Shown: piece by piece, positions 37,801 through 49,502 of the stretch | How positions within the stretch are numbered: position 1 is the stretch's first letter | Layout: every line of letters starts with the position of its first letter | DNA from: Gemmatimonadales bacterium | GTDB taxonomy: Bacteria > Gemmatimonadota > Gemmatimonadetes > Gemmatimonadales > GWC2-71-9 | Assembly: GCA_050733075.1 (NCBI GenBank) | Contig: JBOHSD010000002.1 | Span: 174,649 to 238,648, forward strand | Direction of reading: 5' to 3' | DNA length: 64,000 nucleotides | Translations under genes and position numbers: made by a program | Notes under the pieces: model-generated | The model's input: only the letters and a program-made list of their open reading frames with translations | Databases searched by the model: none | What the model was told of the DNA's origin: nothing

Positions 37801-38968
37801 TATCCCGCTCCGACCGCGTGGGTGAGCGCGAGTGCCTCACGCGCGGACCCTACATCATGCACCCGGAAAAGGCGGGCCCCTCGCTCGTACGCCAGGGCAC
37901 ACGTCATTGCGGTGGCGCGGTCGCGCTCTTCCGCCGTGAGACCGGCAGCAGATCCGAGAAACCGCTTACGGGACGGCCCCACCAGGATGGGGCGGCCGAG
38001 CGCCTGGAGAGCCGCGAGCTGATCGAGCAGTACCAGGTTCTGTTCGACGGTCTTGGAGAAGCCGTAGCCGGGATCGATGACGGTGGCGTCGGGGCCGATG
38101 CCCGCCCCGGCAGCCACTGCAAGCGTGTCTCGCAGCTCCGACACGACCCCGCCGACCACATCGCCGCCGTAGTCGGCGTGCTGGTATGAGGCCAGCTCGA
38201 GGATGGATCCGCGCGAATGCATCAGGATGACTCCGGCACCGGCAGACGCCACCGTCCTGGCCATGGCAGGGTCCAGGCGGAGCGCGGATACGTCGTTGAC
38301 GACCGCGGCACCCAGGTCGAGCGCGGCACGGGCGACGCCCGCCTTTACCGTGTCGATCGAGATGATCAGGTCCGGGTAACTGCGGGCGAGCGACTCCACC
38401 ACCGGCACCACCCGGCGGAGCTCCTCCTCGGCCGGCACGTCTTCGGAACGGCCCGGTCTGGTAGACTCACCGCCGACATCCACTATCGTCGCGCCAGCCT
38501 CGAGCAGCCCTGCGGCGTGCGCGAGCGCCGCGTCCTTATGGGCAAAGCGGCCCCCGTCGCTGAAGCTGTCCGGGGTGACGTTGAGAATTCCTACCAGGAT
38601 GGGACCATCGAGAAAGACGGGGCCGCGCGCCGTCTGCCACAGGGTGGCCGGTGCGGGAGGCAGAGCGCTGCCGATCTGGAGGGCCAGCTGGGCCAGAGCC
38701 TCTGGAACCGTCCAGGGACGCGCCAGCGCGCTCAGCCGTGACCGGCTGCCCGCCAGAATCGCCCAGGAATCGCCGGTAAGAACCTCGAGGCCGAGCCCGC
38801 CGGCAAAGGGAACCAGGGCTTCGATGGAGTCCTGGTTCAGCCCGGTCAGGTGAAATGCGGCGGTTTGAATTCCTTGAGCGGCCGTGTCCGCCAGCGCCTC
38901 CTCCCAACCGTGGGAGCGGAGCGCGTCTCGCACCGCTCGCGGCGAGTGAAGCGCCAGCGGCGTGACAT

Positions 38969-38972
<4 letters not shown>
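37800..38972 (-). CDS. folP: dihydropteroate synthase with an N-terminal extension of about 115 aa
   Basis: [35 protein letters not shown] and VNDVSAL form the DHPS core. It begins about 120 residues into the ORF. Confidence 0.88.
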
Positions 38973-40954
<1,982 letters not shown>

Positions 40955-41509
40955 TTATTCCAAGTCCGCAATGAACGGGAGATGACGAAAATTCTCGGCA
41001 TGATCGAGCCCGTACCCGACCAGAAAAGCCGGCGGCGCCCGGAACCCCACGAAGTGGAGCTCGGGACGCGGCTCGGGCGCCAGTTGCTTGTCGAGGAGAG
41101 CGCAAATGGCCAGGCTCCGCGGCCGCCGCGCCTCCAGCAGCCCCATCAGGCGCTGCAGGGTTTTCCCCGTATCAATTATATCCTCAACCAGGAGGATATG
41201 TTTGCCTTCCAGCCGGGTCTCGGGATCGTACAGCAGGCGGACCGTGCCTCCTGACACCTTTCCATCGCCGTACGAGCTGGCCACGAGAAAATCGATCTGG
41301 ATCGGCCGCTGGATGTTGCGGACCAGATCGCTCAGAAAGATGAAGCTCCCCTTGAGAAGCCCCAGCACCAGCAGCTCGCCGTCGGGGTAGGCCCGGGTGA
41401 TCTCTCCGCCGAGCGCCTGGACCCGGGCGGCGATCGTCGGCTCGTCGAAAACGATCGACTTGACCGGCCGCCCCCCGGTACGGCGCAACACCTCAGGCGT
41501 ACTCAGCAT
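40955..41509 (-). CDS. hpt: hypoxanthine phosphoribosyltransferase
   Basis: 184 aa. ILLVEDIIDTGKTL PRPP motif. Conserved tilS-hpt-ftsH order. Confidence 0.92.
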   Translation of the reverse strand: MLSTPEVLRRTGGRPVKSIVFDEPTIAARVQALGGEITRAYPDGELLVLGLLKGSFIFLSDLVRNIQRPIQIDFLVASSYGDGKVSGGTVRLLYDPETRLEGKHILLVEDIIDTGKTLQRLMGLLEARRPRSLAICALLDKQLAPEPRPELHFVGFRAPPAFLVGYGLDHAENFRHLPFIADLE

Positions 41510-42815
41510 CGATCCGCAGCGCCTCCGTTCCCTCGGCGGGGAGCAAGGCGTCGGAACGGCAGACGCCTGGGATCCATACGATCTCTTCGTCTCGCGCCAG
41601 CACCGGCCAGGACCCCCGCCGGCTACGGGGAACCTCGAGCTCCTGAAAGCAACGGACGATCAGCCGGCGTCCCGCGCGGCCCAGGGGTTTGACCTTCTCG
41701 CCGGGAGACCAACCGCGAACGGTGAGGCTGCCGGAGGTGAACCAGGCGCTCATAGCGGTTCGGTCTTGCCGCCCCGGGGCGATGTCCGGCCCCCAGCGCA
41801 ACACCCACCGCCCCCAGACGCCCTGCCCCGCCTTCCCCTGCAGCTGCCAGGGCACCGGTTCGGAGGACTCGGTGTCGCTGCAAATTCTCAGCCGGCCGAA
41901 TGCCATCTCTGCCGACCAGGTACCGCCCAGCGGCACCCGCGAGCCGCTGGACCCGCTGTTCAGCAGATCGATCACACGCCCTACTCGTGCCGGACCAGGC
42001 CGGCATCCGGTGCGCCGCGCTGCTGCCAGAATCACCGCCTGTGCCAGGGGTGAATCATACCCCCTGAGGGGGTGGGCAGCAACGGAAATTCCGTCACTTT
42101 CGACCCGTAAATCCAGGTCGGGCAACGCCTCGAGGACAGAGTCCCAGGCGGCTCTATCGCGGGCCGCGTGGCGGGACACCTGAAGCAGCTTTGCGTCCAC
42201 CTCCGGGAGCCGTTTTCGGAGCGCCGGCAGCAGGCCGGTTCGGATCCAGGAGCGCAGATGCCTGGGGTCGCGGTTGGCAGGATCGTCCCAGGGGTGCAGC
42301 CCGGTATCCTCCAGATGGCGTACCAGCTCCGCCCGGGAGAAAGGCAGAAGCGGCCGGACCAGCCTCCCGCTTACCGGGCTCATCGCGGAGAGACCGGCGG
42401 GTCCCGAGCCTTCGAGCACCCGCATCAGCACCGTTTCCACCTGGTCGTCGGCGTGATGCGCAGTGAGCACCAGGCCCGCCTCGAGCCGCGTGCGCGTCTC
42501 CTCCAACCAGGCGTACCGCTCGGCTCTAGCGATGGTCTCGCTGGTACCGGGGCCGAGTGCCAGCCGACCGATCTCGACAGGAAGCCCATACCCGGTCGCG
42601 AGCGCCCGCACCTGCTCAGCCACCCCGGCGCTGTCGGCGTGAATTCCATGGTCGGCGTGAGCGACCACGAGATCCAGCCGATGGACGTCCCGGCTATGGA
42701 CCAGAAGGTCGAGCAGGGCGAGCGAATCGGGGCCGCCGGAAACGGCGACGAGCGCCCGGCCCGCCGGGAGCTTCAGTTCCGCGAGATGACGGCGAAAAGC
42801 TTCGAGCAGGGGCAT
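41493..42815 (-). CDS. tilS: tRNA(Ile)-lysidine synthase
   Basis: 440 aa. VAVSGGPDSLALL PP-loop. Lies upstream of hpt-ftsH. Confidence 0.9.
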   Translation of the reverse strand: MPLLEAFRRHLAELKLPAGRALVAVSGGPDSLALLDLLVHSRDVHRLDLVVAHADHGIHADSAGVAEQVRALATGYGLPVEIGRLALGPGTSETIARAERYAWLEETRTRLEAGLVLTAHHADDQVETVLMRVLEGSGPAGLSAMSPVSGRLVRPLLPFSRAELVRHLEDTGLHPWDDPANRDPRHLRSWIRTGLLPALRKRLPEVDAKLLQVSRHAARDRAAWDSVLEALPDLDLRVESDGISVAAHPLRGYDSPLAQAVILAAARRTGCRPGPARVGRVIDLLNSGSSGSRVPLGGTWSAEMAFGRLRICSDTESSEPVPWQLQGKAGQGVWGRWVLRWGPDIAPGRQDRTAMSAWFTSGSLTVRGWSPGEKVKPLGRAGRRLIVRCFQELEVPRSRRGSWPVLARDEEIVWIPGVCRSDALLPAEGTEALRIDAEYA

Positions 42816-42984
42816 GGATCGAAGCTAACGTGCCCAGAGGGTGCCGCGGCAAGCCAGGTGTACTTATACTAGGGTCTCTTCTAACCTGCCCGGACCTCTC
42901 CCCGCCCGGGCCCTGCCCCTGTCGCCGTTGCCGCTCATCCCTCGTCGTTGTGGCGACGATGCTGCGAGCCGTCCTGGAGGCCGC

Positions 42985-45726
42985 ATGATGTGCCCTGCAC
43001 TTTTCTCGCGCCTGCGGTCGGGGGCGCTGGTTCTCCTCGCACTGCCCCTAACCGGGCTCGGCTGTGGTGGCAACGGCGGCACTGATATCGTGTTGCCGTC
43101 GCTGACGATCACCACGTCCACTACCGGTGTGGAGCTCGACCCTGACGGCTACAGCTTCTCCGTCGACGGACAGGCAGCCCAGCCGATTGGCGCGCAGGCG
43201 ACGGTTACCGTCGATCGACTGGGAGACGGGCAACACACGATCGAGCTCTCCGGTATGGCCCCCAACTGCGCCGTGGAGGGCGAGAACCCAAGAACGGTGA
43301 CGGTTGCGAGCGGTGCTACGGCTACGGTGGCGTTCGCGATCGTCTGTGGCGCGGGGACCGGTGCGGTTCGAGTGGTCACGGCGACGAGCGGACCCGGCAC
43401 CGACCCCGATGGGTTCATTCTGTTGCTCGACGGAGCCGATCGGGGGACTACCGGACCGAGTGCCACGACGACGCTCAGCGGGATCGAGCCCGGACCACAC
43501 ACGGTCGGCCTTGCGGGGCTGGCCGGGAACTGTCAGGCTGCCGGCGAAAACCCGCGGGAGGTGACGGTCGTCGCGGGGCAGACTGCCGAGCTCAGCTTCG
43601 CCGTCACCTGCACCGCACCCGGGCCAACTACCGGCAGCCTCGAGATCAGCGTCACGACCACCGGTACGAATCAGGATCCCAACGGCTACCAGGTGAGCGT
43701 GGATGGGGGAGCAAGCCAGCCGATCGGGACCAACGCTACCGTTACGCTCGCCAACGTCTCCGCCGTCCAGCACACGGTGCAGCTCCTTGGCCTTGCGGCT
43801 AACTGCGCGGTCACCGGCGATAACCCGATTGGCGCGGCGGTACCGGCCGGGGGGACGGCGACAGTCGCATTTAGCGTCAACTGTGTTGCGACAGCAGGCG
43901 AGCTTGCGGTCACTATCTCCGGCCTGCCCAGTGGGGCCCAGGCAGCGGTCACGGTCTCGGGACCGAACAATTTCTCACAGATCCTCGCCGCAACTCAGAC
44001 GCTGACCGGCCTTGCTCCCGGCCGCTACACCGTGAGCGCGTCCAACGTGGTGTCTGGCGGGACCACGTATACCCCGAGCATCGGCCGGCCCAACGTCGAT
44101 GTTGTAGCCGGCGGCACCGCGGAGGTCGCTGTCAGCTACACCGCGGTTGCCCCCGTCACCCTCAACCTTCGTATCGACGGTCTCTATCTGACGCAAAGCA
44201 CGCAAACGTATGAGTCCGACGTTCCGCTGGTAGCCGATCGCCCAGGATATCTCCGGGTCTTCGTTGTCGCCAACGAGAGCAATACGGCAAGGCCAAGTGT
44301 GCGGGTGCGGCTCCGCAACGGATCCGGGACGACCACCCGCACCCTTGTCGCTCCGGGCGGATCTACACCAACCATCGTGAGGGAGGAGGTGCTGGAGAGC
44401 TCCTGGAACCTGGCGGTCGAGGCCGAACTGGTCCGGCCAGGTCTGTCGATCGAGGCAGAGGTCGATCCCGGCAACACGATCGAAGAAAGCAACGAGGGTG
44501 ACAACCGATTTCCGGCATCGGGCACCAAGCCGCTGACCGTGCGGACGGTGCCCGTGGCCGCAATTCGGTTCGTCCGGGTGTTGCAGACCGCAAATGGCCT
44601 CGAGGGAACCATCGGAAGCACTAGCGAGCTCATGGGGCTGGCCCGGCGGGTATACCCGCTGAACGAAATTCAATCCGAGGTTCGCTCGGAGGTTTTTTCC
44701 ACGGCCGGGCCGTTGCATCGCGATGGTAGCAGCGGCTGGAATCAACTTCTGAGCGATCTCGAGGCCGCGCGGGTGGCGGAAGCTCCGGATCGCACGTACT
44801 TCGGCATAGTCAAGCTGGACTACGGACGCTCCGATGGAGTAGTCGGCCTGGCATTCCAGGCAGTCCCCACCGCGGTAGGCTGGGACGATCCCTCAGATGC
44901 GAGCCGGGTCGTTGCCCACGAACTGGGCCACACCTGGGGACGGAGACACTCACCTTGCGGCAATCCTCCGGCTAGCACCCTGGACGATCTCTACCCCTAC
45001 CCAGGCGGCCAAATCGGGGTCTTTGGTATGGATGTGACGCCCAAGACCCTCAAGGCTCCTTCGTCTCCGGACATCATGGGATACTGTTTTCAGAGTCCCT
45101 GGATCAGCGACTACACCTACCAGAACGTGATGACGTTTCGGGAATCGAGCGCCGCCGCTATACGAGTCGCCGCGCTGCCGCAGCCTTCCATGCTCATCCG
45201 GGGACGCGTCGTAAACGGCCGGCCCGTGCTCGAGCCCACCTTCCAGATCGTGGCCCGGCCCAGCTTGCCCACCCGACCCGGCCCTTATTCTGTAATCGGC
45301 ACGGCTGTAGACGGTGCGCAGCTCTTTGCAATTTCGTTTGAGGCGACGCCAGTGGCAGACGACCCGCAGGATAGCCGCCATTTCGCCTTTGCCGTGCCTC
45401 TGGATCCCACTCAGGCGGCGCGACTGAGCAGCGTGCAGTTGGCCGGGCCAGGCGGCCTGGTGGCCAATTCCCGGGCGCCTGCTCAGCTGCAGGTGAAGCC
45501 GGCGGAGGAATCGATCGTCGCGCGCCGGGAAGGACAGAGCGTCGTCCTCCAGTGGAACGCGTCCGCACACCCCACCATCATGGTTCGAGATCCGGATACG
45601 GGGCAGGTACTTTCTTTCGCCCGGGGCGGAATCGCCCGGGTGTGGACTACCAGAAACGAGCTCGACCTCGAACTATCTGACGGGGTACAGAGTCAGCGGC
45701 TACGCCTGGCCATCAGGCGTTCGTAA
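42985..45726 (+). CDS. secreted or lipoprotein metzincin-type zinc metalloprotease with three tandem Cys-pair modules of about 85 aa
   Basis: Start set at MMCPALFSRLRSGALVLLALPLTGLGCGG (signal peptide plus lipobox-like GC). Three repeats at 43099-43887, each with DP(D/N)G(Y/F)...DG...NC...G(E/D)NP...F.(I/V).C. HELGHTWGRRH (HExxHxxGxxH) at 44917-44949. Confidence 0.75.
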   Translation: MMCPALFSRLRSGALVLLALPLTGLGCGGNGGTDIVLPSLTITTSTTGVELDPDGYSFSVDGQAAQPIGAQATVTVDRLGDGQHTIELSGMAPNCAVEGENPRTVTVASGATATVAFAIVCGAGTGAVRVVTATSGPGTDPDGFILLLDGADRGTTGPSATTTLSGIEPGPHTVGLAGLAGNCQAAGENPREVTVVAGQTAELSFAVTCTAPGPTTGSLEISVTTTGTNQDPNGYQVSVDGGASQPIGTNATVTLANVSAVQHTVQLLGLAANCAVTGDNPIGAAVPAGGTATVAFSVNCVATAGELAVTISGLPSGAQAAVTVSGPNNFSQILAATQTLTGLAPGRYTVSASNVVSGGTTYTPSIGRPNVDVVAGGTAEVAVSYTAVAPVTLNLRIDGLYLTQSTQTYESDVPLVADRPGYLRVFVVANESNTARPSVRVRLRNGSGTTTRTLVAPGGSTPTIVREEVLESSWNLAVEAELVRPGLSIEAEVDPGNTIEESNEGDNRFPASGTKPLTVRTVPVAAIRFVRVLQTANGLEGTIGSTSELMGLARRVYPLNEIQSEVRSEVFSTAGPLHRDGSSGWNQLLSDLEAARVAEAPDRTYFGIVKLDYGRSDGVVGLAFQAVPTAVGWDDPSDASRVVAHELGHTWGRRHSPCGNPPASTLDDLYPYPGGQIGVFGMDVTPKTLKAPSSPDIMGYCFQSPWISDYTYQNVMTFRESSAAAIRVAALPQPSMLIRGRVVNGRPVLEPTFQIVARPSLPTRPGPYSVIGTAVDGAQLFAISFEATPVADDPQDSRHFAFAVPLDPTQAARLSSVQLAGPGGLVANSRAPAQLQVKPAEESIVARREGQSVVLQWNASAHPTIMVRDPDTGQVLSFARGGIARVWTTRNELDLELSDGVQSQRLRLAIRRS

Positions 45727-46451
45727 GCAGAAGCCGGCGGCCTCTTCGGCACCTTGGAAGTGGCGCCGGCGCGCGAACCGGCCCTAGGCCGAGGCTTCTG
45801 TTGGTCCACACGGTTCGATCGCCAGACCCGGCTCTTTCCCTGGGCGATCTCCTCCATCGTGCGGCCGGTAGCCACCGAGGTCTGGTAGTCGGCTGTGACG
45901 TCGGAGCCCGGAGCGGCGTGCTCGTCGCGATGCTTGATCAGAAGCCACTGCGGCTTCCCGCCCTGGTCACGCCGCATGCGCACCAGAGCCCACGACCCCT
46001 TCAACCGTTTGCCGTTGAGGACGAACTTGAAGTCGCCCTTCTGAAAGCCCCGCCGCAGTCCCTCCTCCGGATCGGGATCGTCACCACCGTAACGGTACGT
46101 TCCCCGGTCCCACAGCATGACCGTACCGCCGCCGTACTCACCCTGAGGTATCGTCCCCTCGAACTTGTTGTACTCGATAGGGTGATCCTCCACCTCCATA
46201 GCCAGGCGCTTGACCGCGGGGTCCAGACTGGGACCCTTGGGTACGGCCCAACTCTTCATGACGCCGTCGTGCTCCAGGCGCAGGTCGTAATGCATGTGAC
46301 TGGCCGCATGCTTCTGAATCACGAAGGCGCGCTTCCTGGCCTTGCGCTCGCTGCCGCCCTTCGGCTCCGCCGTGCGGGTGAAGTCGCGCTTGCGCCGGTA
46401 CTCGGCGAGCTGGGATTCTGGTCTCCGCCGCCGGCCGGTCTTCTTGGCCAT
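45693..46451 (-). CDS. LigD-type 3'-phosphoesterase (PE) domain protein, stand-alone
   Basis: Start at MAKKTGRRRR. FVIQKHAASHMHYDLRLE, WAVPKGPS, VEDHPIEY and GEYGGGTVMLWDRG are PE-domain signatures. The ORF-track 5' extension overlaps the DUF3175 gene in another frame. Confidence 0.85.
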   Translation of the reverse strand: MAKKTGRRRRPESQLAEYRRKRDFTRTAEPKGGSERKARKRAFVIQKHAASHMHYDLRLEHDGVMKSWAVPKGPSLDPAVKRLAMEVEDHPIEYNKFEGTIPQGEYGGGTVMLWDRGTYRYGGDDPDPEEGLRRGFQKGDFKFVLNGKRLKGSWALVRMRRDQGGKPQWLLIKHRDEHAAPGSDVTADYQTSVATGRTMEEIAQGKSRVWRSNRVDQQKPRPRAGSRAGATSKVPKRPPASAYERLMARRSR

Positions 46452-46822
46452 CAGCTTCTCCGGCTGCCGCGCTTCTCGCCGGTAGGGCGATTGAACACCT
46501 TTCGCAGCTCCGTCTTTGCCTGGGTCAGGACTCGCTTGCGTTCCGGGCTCAGCTTCCTGCCGGCGCGGTTGATGTAGAGATTCAGCATCGACATGGCCGA
46601 CCGGAACGGCTCCGACTTGCGGCGCCGGCTCCGCTCGGCCGACCGCTTGAGCGAGAGAGCCACTCGCTTCGCGCTGCGTTGGCTGAATACCCCCTGCTCG
46701 AGGTCGAGTGCGTCGCTGGTTCGGGTAACCCGGCGCGACCAGCGCTGCTGACCGGATGCTCCGCTGGTTCCCCGGGCGGCCTTCTTGGATCTCTTGGGCG
46801 TGCGGCGAGGCTTTGCGCTCAT
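46451..46822 (-). CDS. DUF3175-like basic protein
   Basis: SDALDLEQGVF ... SLKRSAERSRRRKSEPFRSAMSMLNLYINRAGRKLSPERKRVL matches my memory of DUF3175. Start could be 46876 or 46822. Confidence 0.6.
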   Translation of the reverse strand: MSAKPRRTPKRSKKAARGTSGASGQQRWSRRVTRTSDALDLEQGVFSQRSAKRVALSLKRSAERSRRRKSEPFRSAMSMLNLYINRAGRKLSPERKRVLTQAKTELRKVFNRPTGEKRGSRRS

Positions 46823-46945
46823 TTTGCCCACCTCCGGGAAGGCGCGCGGCGCTTTGGCACTGCTCCTTACCTCCATTCTTCCGAGGCATCCGGCTGCTGC
46901 CAGGCGTACTTTGGGCCCTCCGCCCTCACCCCGCGGTGCCCGGAA

Positions 46946-47947
46946 TCACCGCAATTGATCCATGGTGCACTGCTCCGGCGCCTTATCCGGTCGCCAGCGG
47001 AGAAACCGGGTTCCGTGCCTGAACCTCCCGCCCGAGACGTGGTCGTAGCCGACCTCCACCACAAGCCTGGGCGCCAGGGGCTGCCACTCACCCGAGCGCT
47101 CCGTACTCCACCGGCTGGGCCCCCCGGGAGCCTTCCCGGTGAACCCCGGTGGCTGAATCAGGCGCTCCAGCTTCCCAGTGAGCCCCTTGCGCTCCTCGGC
47201 GCGGAGGCTCGAGGTGAAGCCCACGTGGTTGAGCCGGCCCTCGTCGTCGTACAGCCCCAGCAGGAGGGAGCCCACGACACCGCCCCTGGAGGCGTAGCGA
47301 AATCCACCCACGACGCATTCCGCTGTCCGCTGCCGCTTGACCTTCTGCATGCCATTGCGCTCGCCCGAGCGATACGAAAAATCCAGCCGCTTGGCGATGA
47401 CCCCGTCGAGGTCGCCCTTACCCCCGCCTTCCAGCCACGAGCGCGCGGTCTCCAGCCGGCGGGTCGCGTCTGAGAGCACGATCGAGCCGGATGGCGGGAA
47501 GTACTTTTCCGCGAACGCCTCGAGCCGCGGCCGCCGCTCGGCCAGAGGGAGGTGCACCAGCGGCTTTCCCCGCTCATCCACCAGGAGATCGAACACCACC
47601 AGCCGGGCCGGGTGAGCCTCGACCAGGGCACGTACCCGGCTCGCGGCCGGATGCACCCGGAGCAACAGCTCGTCGAACGAGAGACGTCCACCGACCGGGA
47701 TCACGATCTCGCCGTCCAGGACGAACCGCTTGGGGTCGAGGGCAGCCAGAGCTCCGACTACATCGGGGAAGTACCGCTCCAGCGGCTTCCCCGACTTGGA
47801 TTGGATCCGTACCGACGCACCGTCCTTGAACGCCAGGCTGCGAAAGCCATCCCACTTGGGCTCGTACAACCAGTCGGAGCCATCCGGAAGGGTACTGGCT
47901 GAATCGGCTTCCATGGGAGGATAGGGAAACTCCAGCGGGAGACTCAC
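46946..47947 (-). CDS. ATP-dependent DNA ligase (LigC / LigD-ligase-domain type, stand-alone)
   Basis: 333 aa. WLYEPKWDGFR (KxDG adenylation Lys), LDGEIV, and an OB-fold C-terminus. 4-nt overlap with the Prim-Pol gene. Confidence 0.9.
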   Translation of the reverse strand: MSLPLEFPYPPMEADSASTLPDGSDWLYEPKWDGFRSLAFKDGASVRIQSKSGKPLERYFPDVVGALAALDPKRFVLDGEIVIPVGGRLSFDELLLRVHPAASRVRALVEAHPARLVVFDLLVDERGKPLVHLPLAERRPRLEAFAEKYFPPSGSIVLSDATRRLETARSWLEGGGKGDLDGVIAKRLDFSYRSGERNGMQKVKRQRTAECVVGGFRYASRGGVVGSLLLGLYDDEGRLNHVGFTSSLRAEERKGLTGKLERLIQPPGFTGKAPGGPSRWSTERSGEWQPLAPRLVVEVGYDHVSGGRFRHGTRFLRWRPDKAPEQCTMDQLR

Positions 47948-48888
47948 AGCACCCCCTCCAGGCGAAAGCGTCCCCTGGAGGCAAGCAGCGGCTTCCAGAG
48001 ATCGCCGACCTCACGTAGCCGCTTGGGAACGTTGTCAATCCTGAAATCTTCGATCTCGAAGCCCGATTCCACCTCTTCCCAGGTCACTGGGGTTGACACC
48101 GTGGCTCGGACGGTGGGGCGAACCGAATAGACCGATGCCAACGTGCGCCCCCAGGCGTTCTGGTTGTAATCCACCAACACCCGTCCCCGGGGTCGCCTGG
48201 CGATGCGGTACTCGGCCGTGATGAGCTCGGGATAGAGCTTGTCCAGCTGCTTGGCGAGAGCCTTCGCGAACCGCCATACGTCTTTTTGGACCGGTCCGCG
48301 GACGATCGGGACGTACACATGAAGCCCCTTCGAGCCGCTCGTCTTGACCAGTGGCTGCATGTCCAGGGCTCTCAGCGCGTCCCGGACTACCAGCCCGGTG
48401 CTCAGGACCCGGTCGAACCCGGCCCCCTCGACCGGATCGAGATCGAAGTGGAGATAATCAGGGCGATCGACGTCGTCACAGCGGGCGTACCATGGGTTGA
48501 GGTCGATGCAGCCGAGATTCACGACCCAGAGCAGCGAGGCAAGGTCCTGCACCATGGGGAAGGCGATCAGGTTCTGCGATTTGTGCATGATCTCGCAGGT
48601 CTCCAGCCACTCCGGACGGGGCGACGGAGTTCGCTTCATGAAAAAGCACTTCCCGTGAATGCCGTTGGGGTAGCGCTTCATCACCATGGCCCGGTCCTCG
48701 AGGTGGGGCAGAAGGGCCTGGGAGACGTCGGCGTAATACTGGAGCAGATCCCGCTTGGTGAGCCCGAGCTCGGGCCAGAACACCTTCTCCAGATTGGTGA
48801 GCTGCACCTTGTGGCGACCGGCCTGAACCACAGCGTTCTCGGCCGAGGGGATACGCAGGCGTCCTGGCGCCGCCTTGGTGGCGGTCAT
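47944..48888 (-). CDS. LigD-polymerase-domain / Prim-Pol (AEP) protein, stand-alone
   Basis: 314 aa. LTNLEKVFWPELGLTKRDLLQYY, MKRYPNGI, DYLHFDLDP and SGSKGLHVYVP are AEP primase-polymerase motifs. Confidence 0.88.
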   Translation of the reverse strand: MTATKAAPGRLRIPSAENAVVQAGRHKVQLTNLEKVFWPELGLTKRDLLQYYADVSQALLPHLEDRAMVMKRYPNGIHGKCFFMKRTPSPRPEWLETCEIMHKSQNLIAFPMVQDLASLLWVVNLGCIDLNPWYARCDDVDRPDYLHFDLDPVEGAGFDRVLSTGLVVRDALRALDMQPLVKTSGSKGLHVYVPIVRGPVQKDVWRFAKALAKQLDKLYPELITAEYRIARRPRGRVLVDYNQNAWGRTLASVYSVRPTVRATVSTPVTWEEVESGFEIEDFRIDNVPKRLREVGDLWKPLLASRGRFRLEGVL

Positions 48889-49496
48889 CTCTCGACTCTC
48901 ATTCTCCTGGACCGCCGGGCACGCCGGACGGCGCCGATAACAGGCTGGTACTCCAGCTCGAAACCATCCCGGGCCGCCCGAAGCAGCAGCGCACCTCGAC
49001 TCATGTCGCCCCGGCCCACGAACTCGGCCGGGAAGACCAGCCGCTCGCCCAGGCTACCGAGCAGCACGTCGACGTATTTCCCGGTGGCAACGCTTCCCAG
49101 CAGGACTACCTCGACATCGGGGGCTTGCCCCAGGTGGGCTCCGTCGCGCTCGAGCGGCAGGCGATAGCCAAGGTGATCCGAGCGGATATCCACGGCCCCG
49201 AAATCCAGCAGGTCACGCTGTCCAACCGGCGTACTGGCGGGCAGCAGCCCCCGGTTGGTGGTGATCACTTGCACGCCGCATTTGCCGGCCGGTGGGCGGG
49301 CAAAGCGGTCGGCGTACGCCAGCTTGCCCCGGAAATAGAGGCCGCTGAGAAAGCTGAACGCTTCACCCAGGGTTATGCCGGAGGAGGAGCGAAGCCGGAG
49401 GGCGAGGGAGAACGCGGCCTGCCGGTTAAGCAGGAGCTCGGCGCGCTTCCCTCCGCAAAGAGCTGGGGAAAGGAGAAAGACTCTGAATGGCAGCAT
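48885..49496 (-). CDS. uncharacterised 203-aa protein translationally coupled to Prim-Pol
   Basis: ATGA overlap with the Prim-Pol start. No motif I can assign. Conserved-looking strings are FSFLSGLYFRGKLAYA, VVLLGSVATGKYVDVL and FPAEFVGRGDMSRGALLL. Confidence 0.55.
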   Translation of the reverse strand: MLPFRVFLLSPALCGGKRAELLLNRQAAFSLALRLRSSSGITLGEAFSFLSGLYFRGKLAYADRFARPPAGKCGVQVITTNRGLLPASTPVGQRDLLDFGAVDIRSDHLGYRLPLERDGAHLGQAPDVEVVLLGSVATGKYVDVLLGSLGERLVFPAEFVGRGDMSRGALLLRAARDGFELEYQPVIGAVRRARRSRRMRVER

Positions 49497-49502
49497 GACA
49501 GC

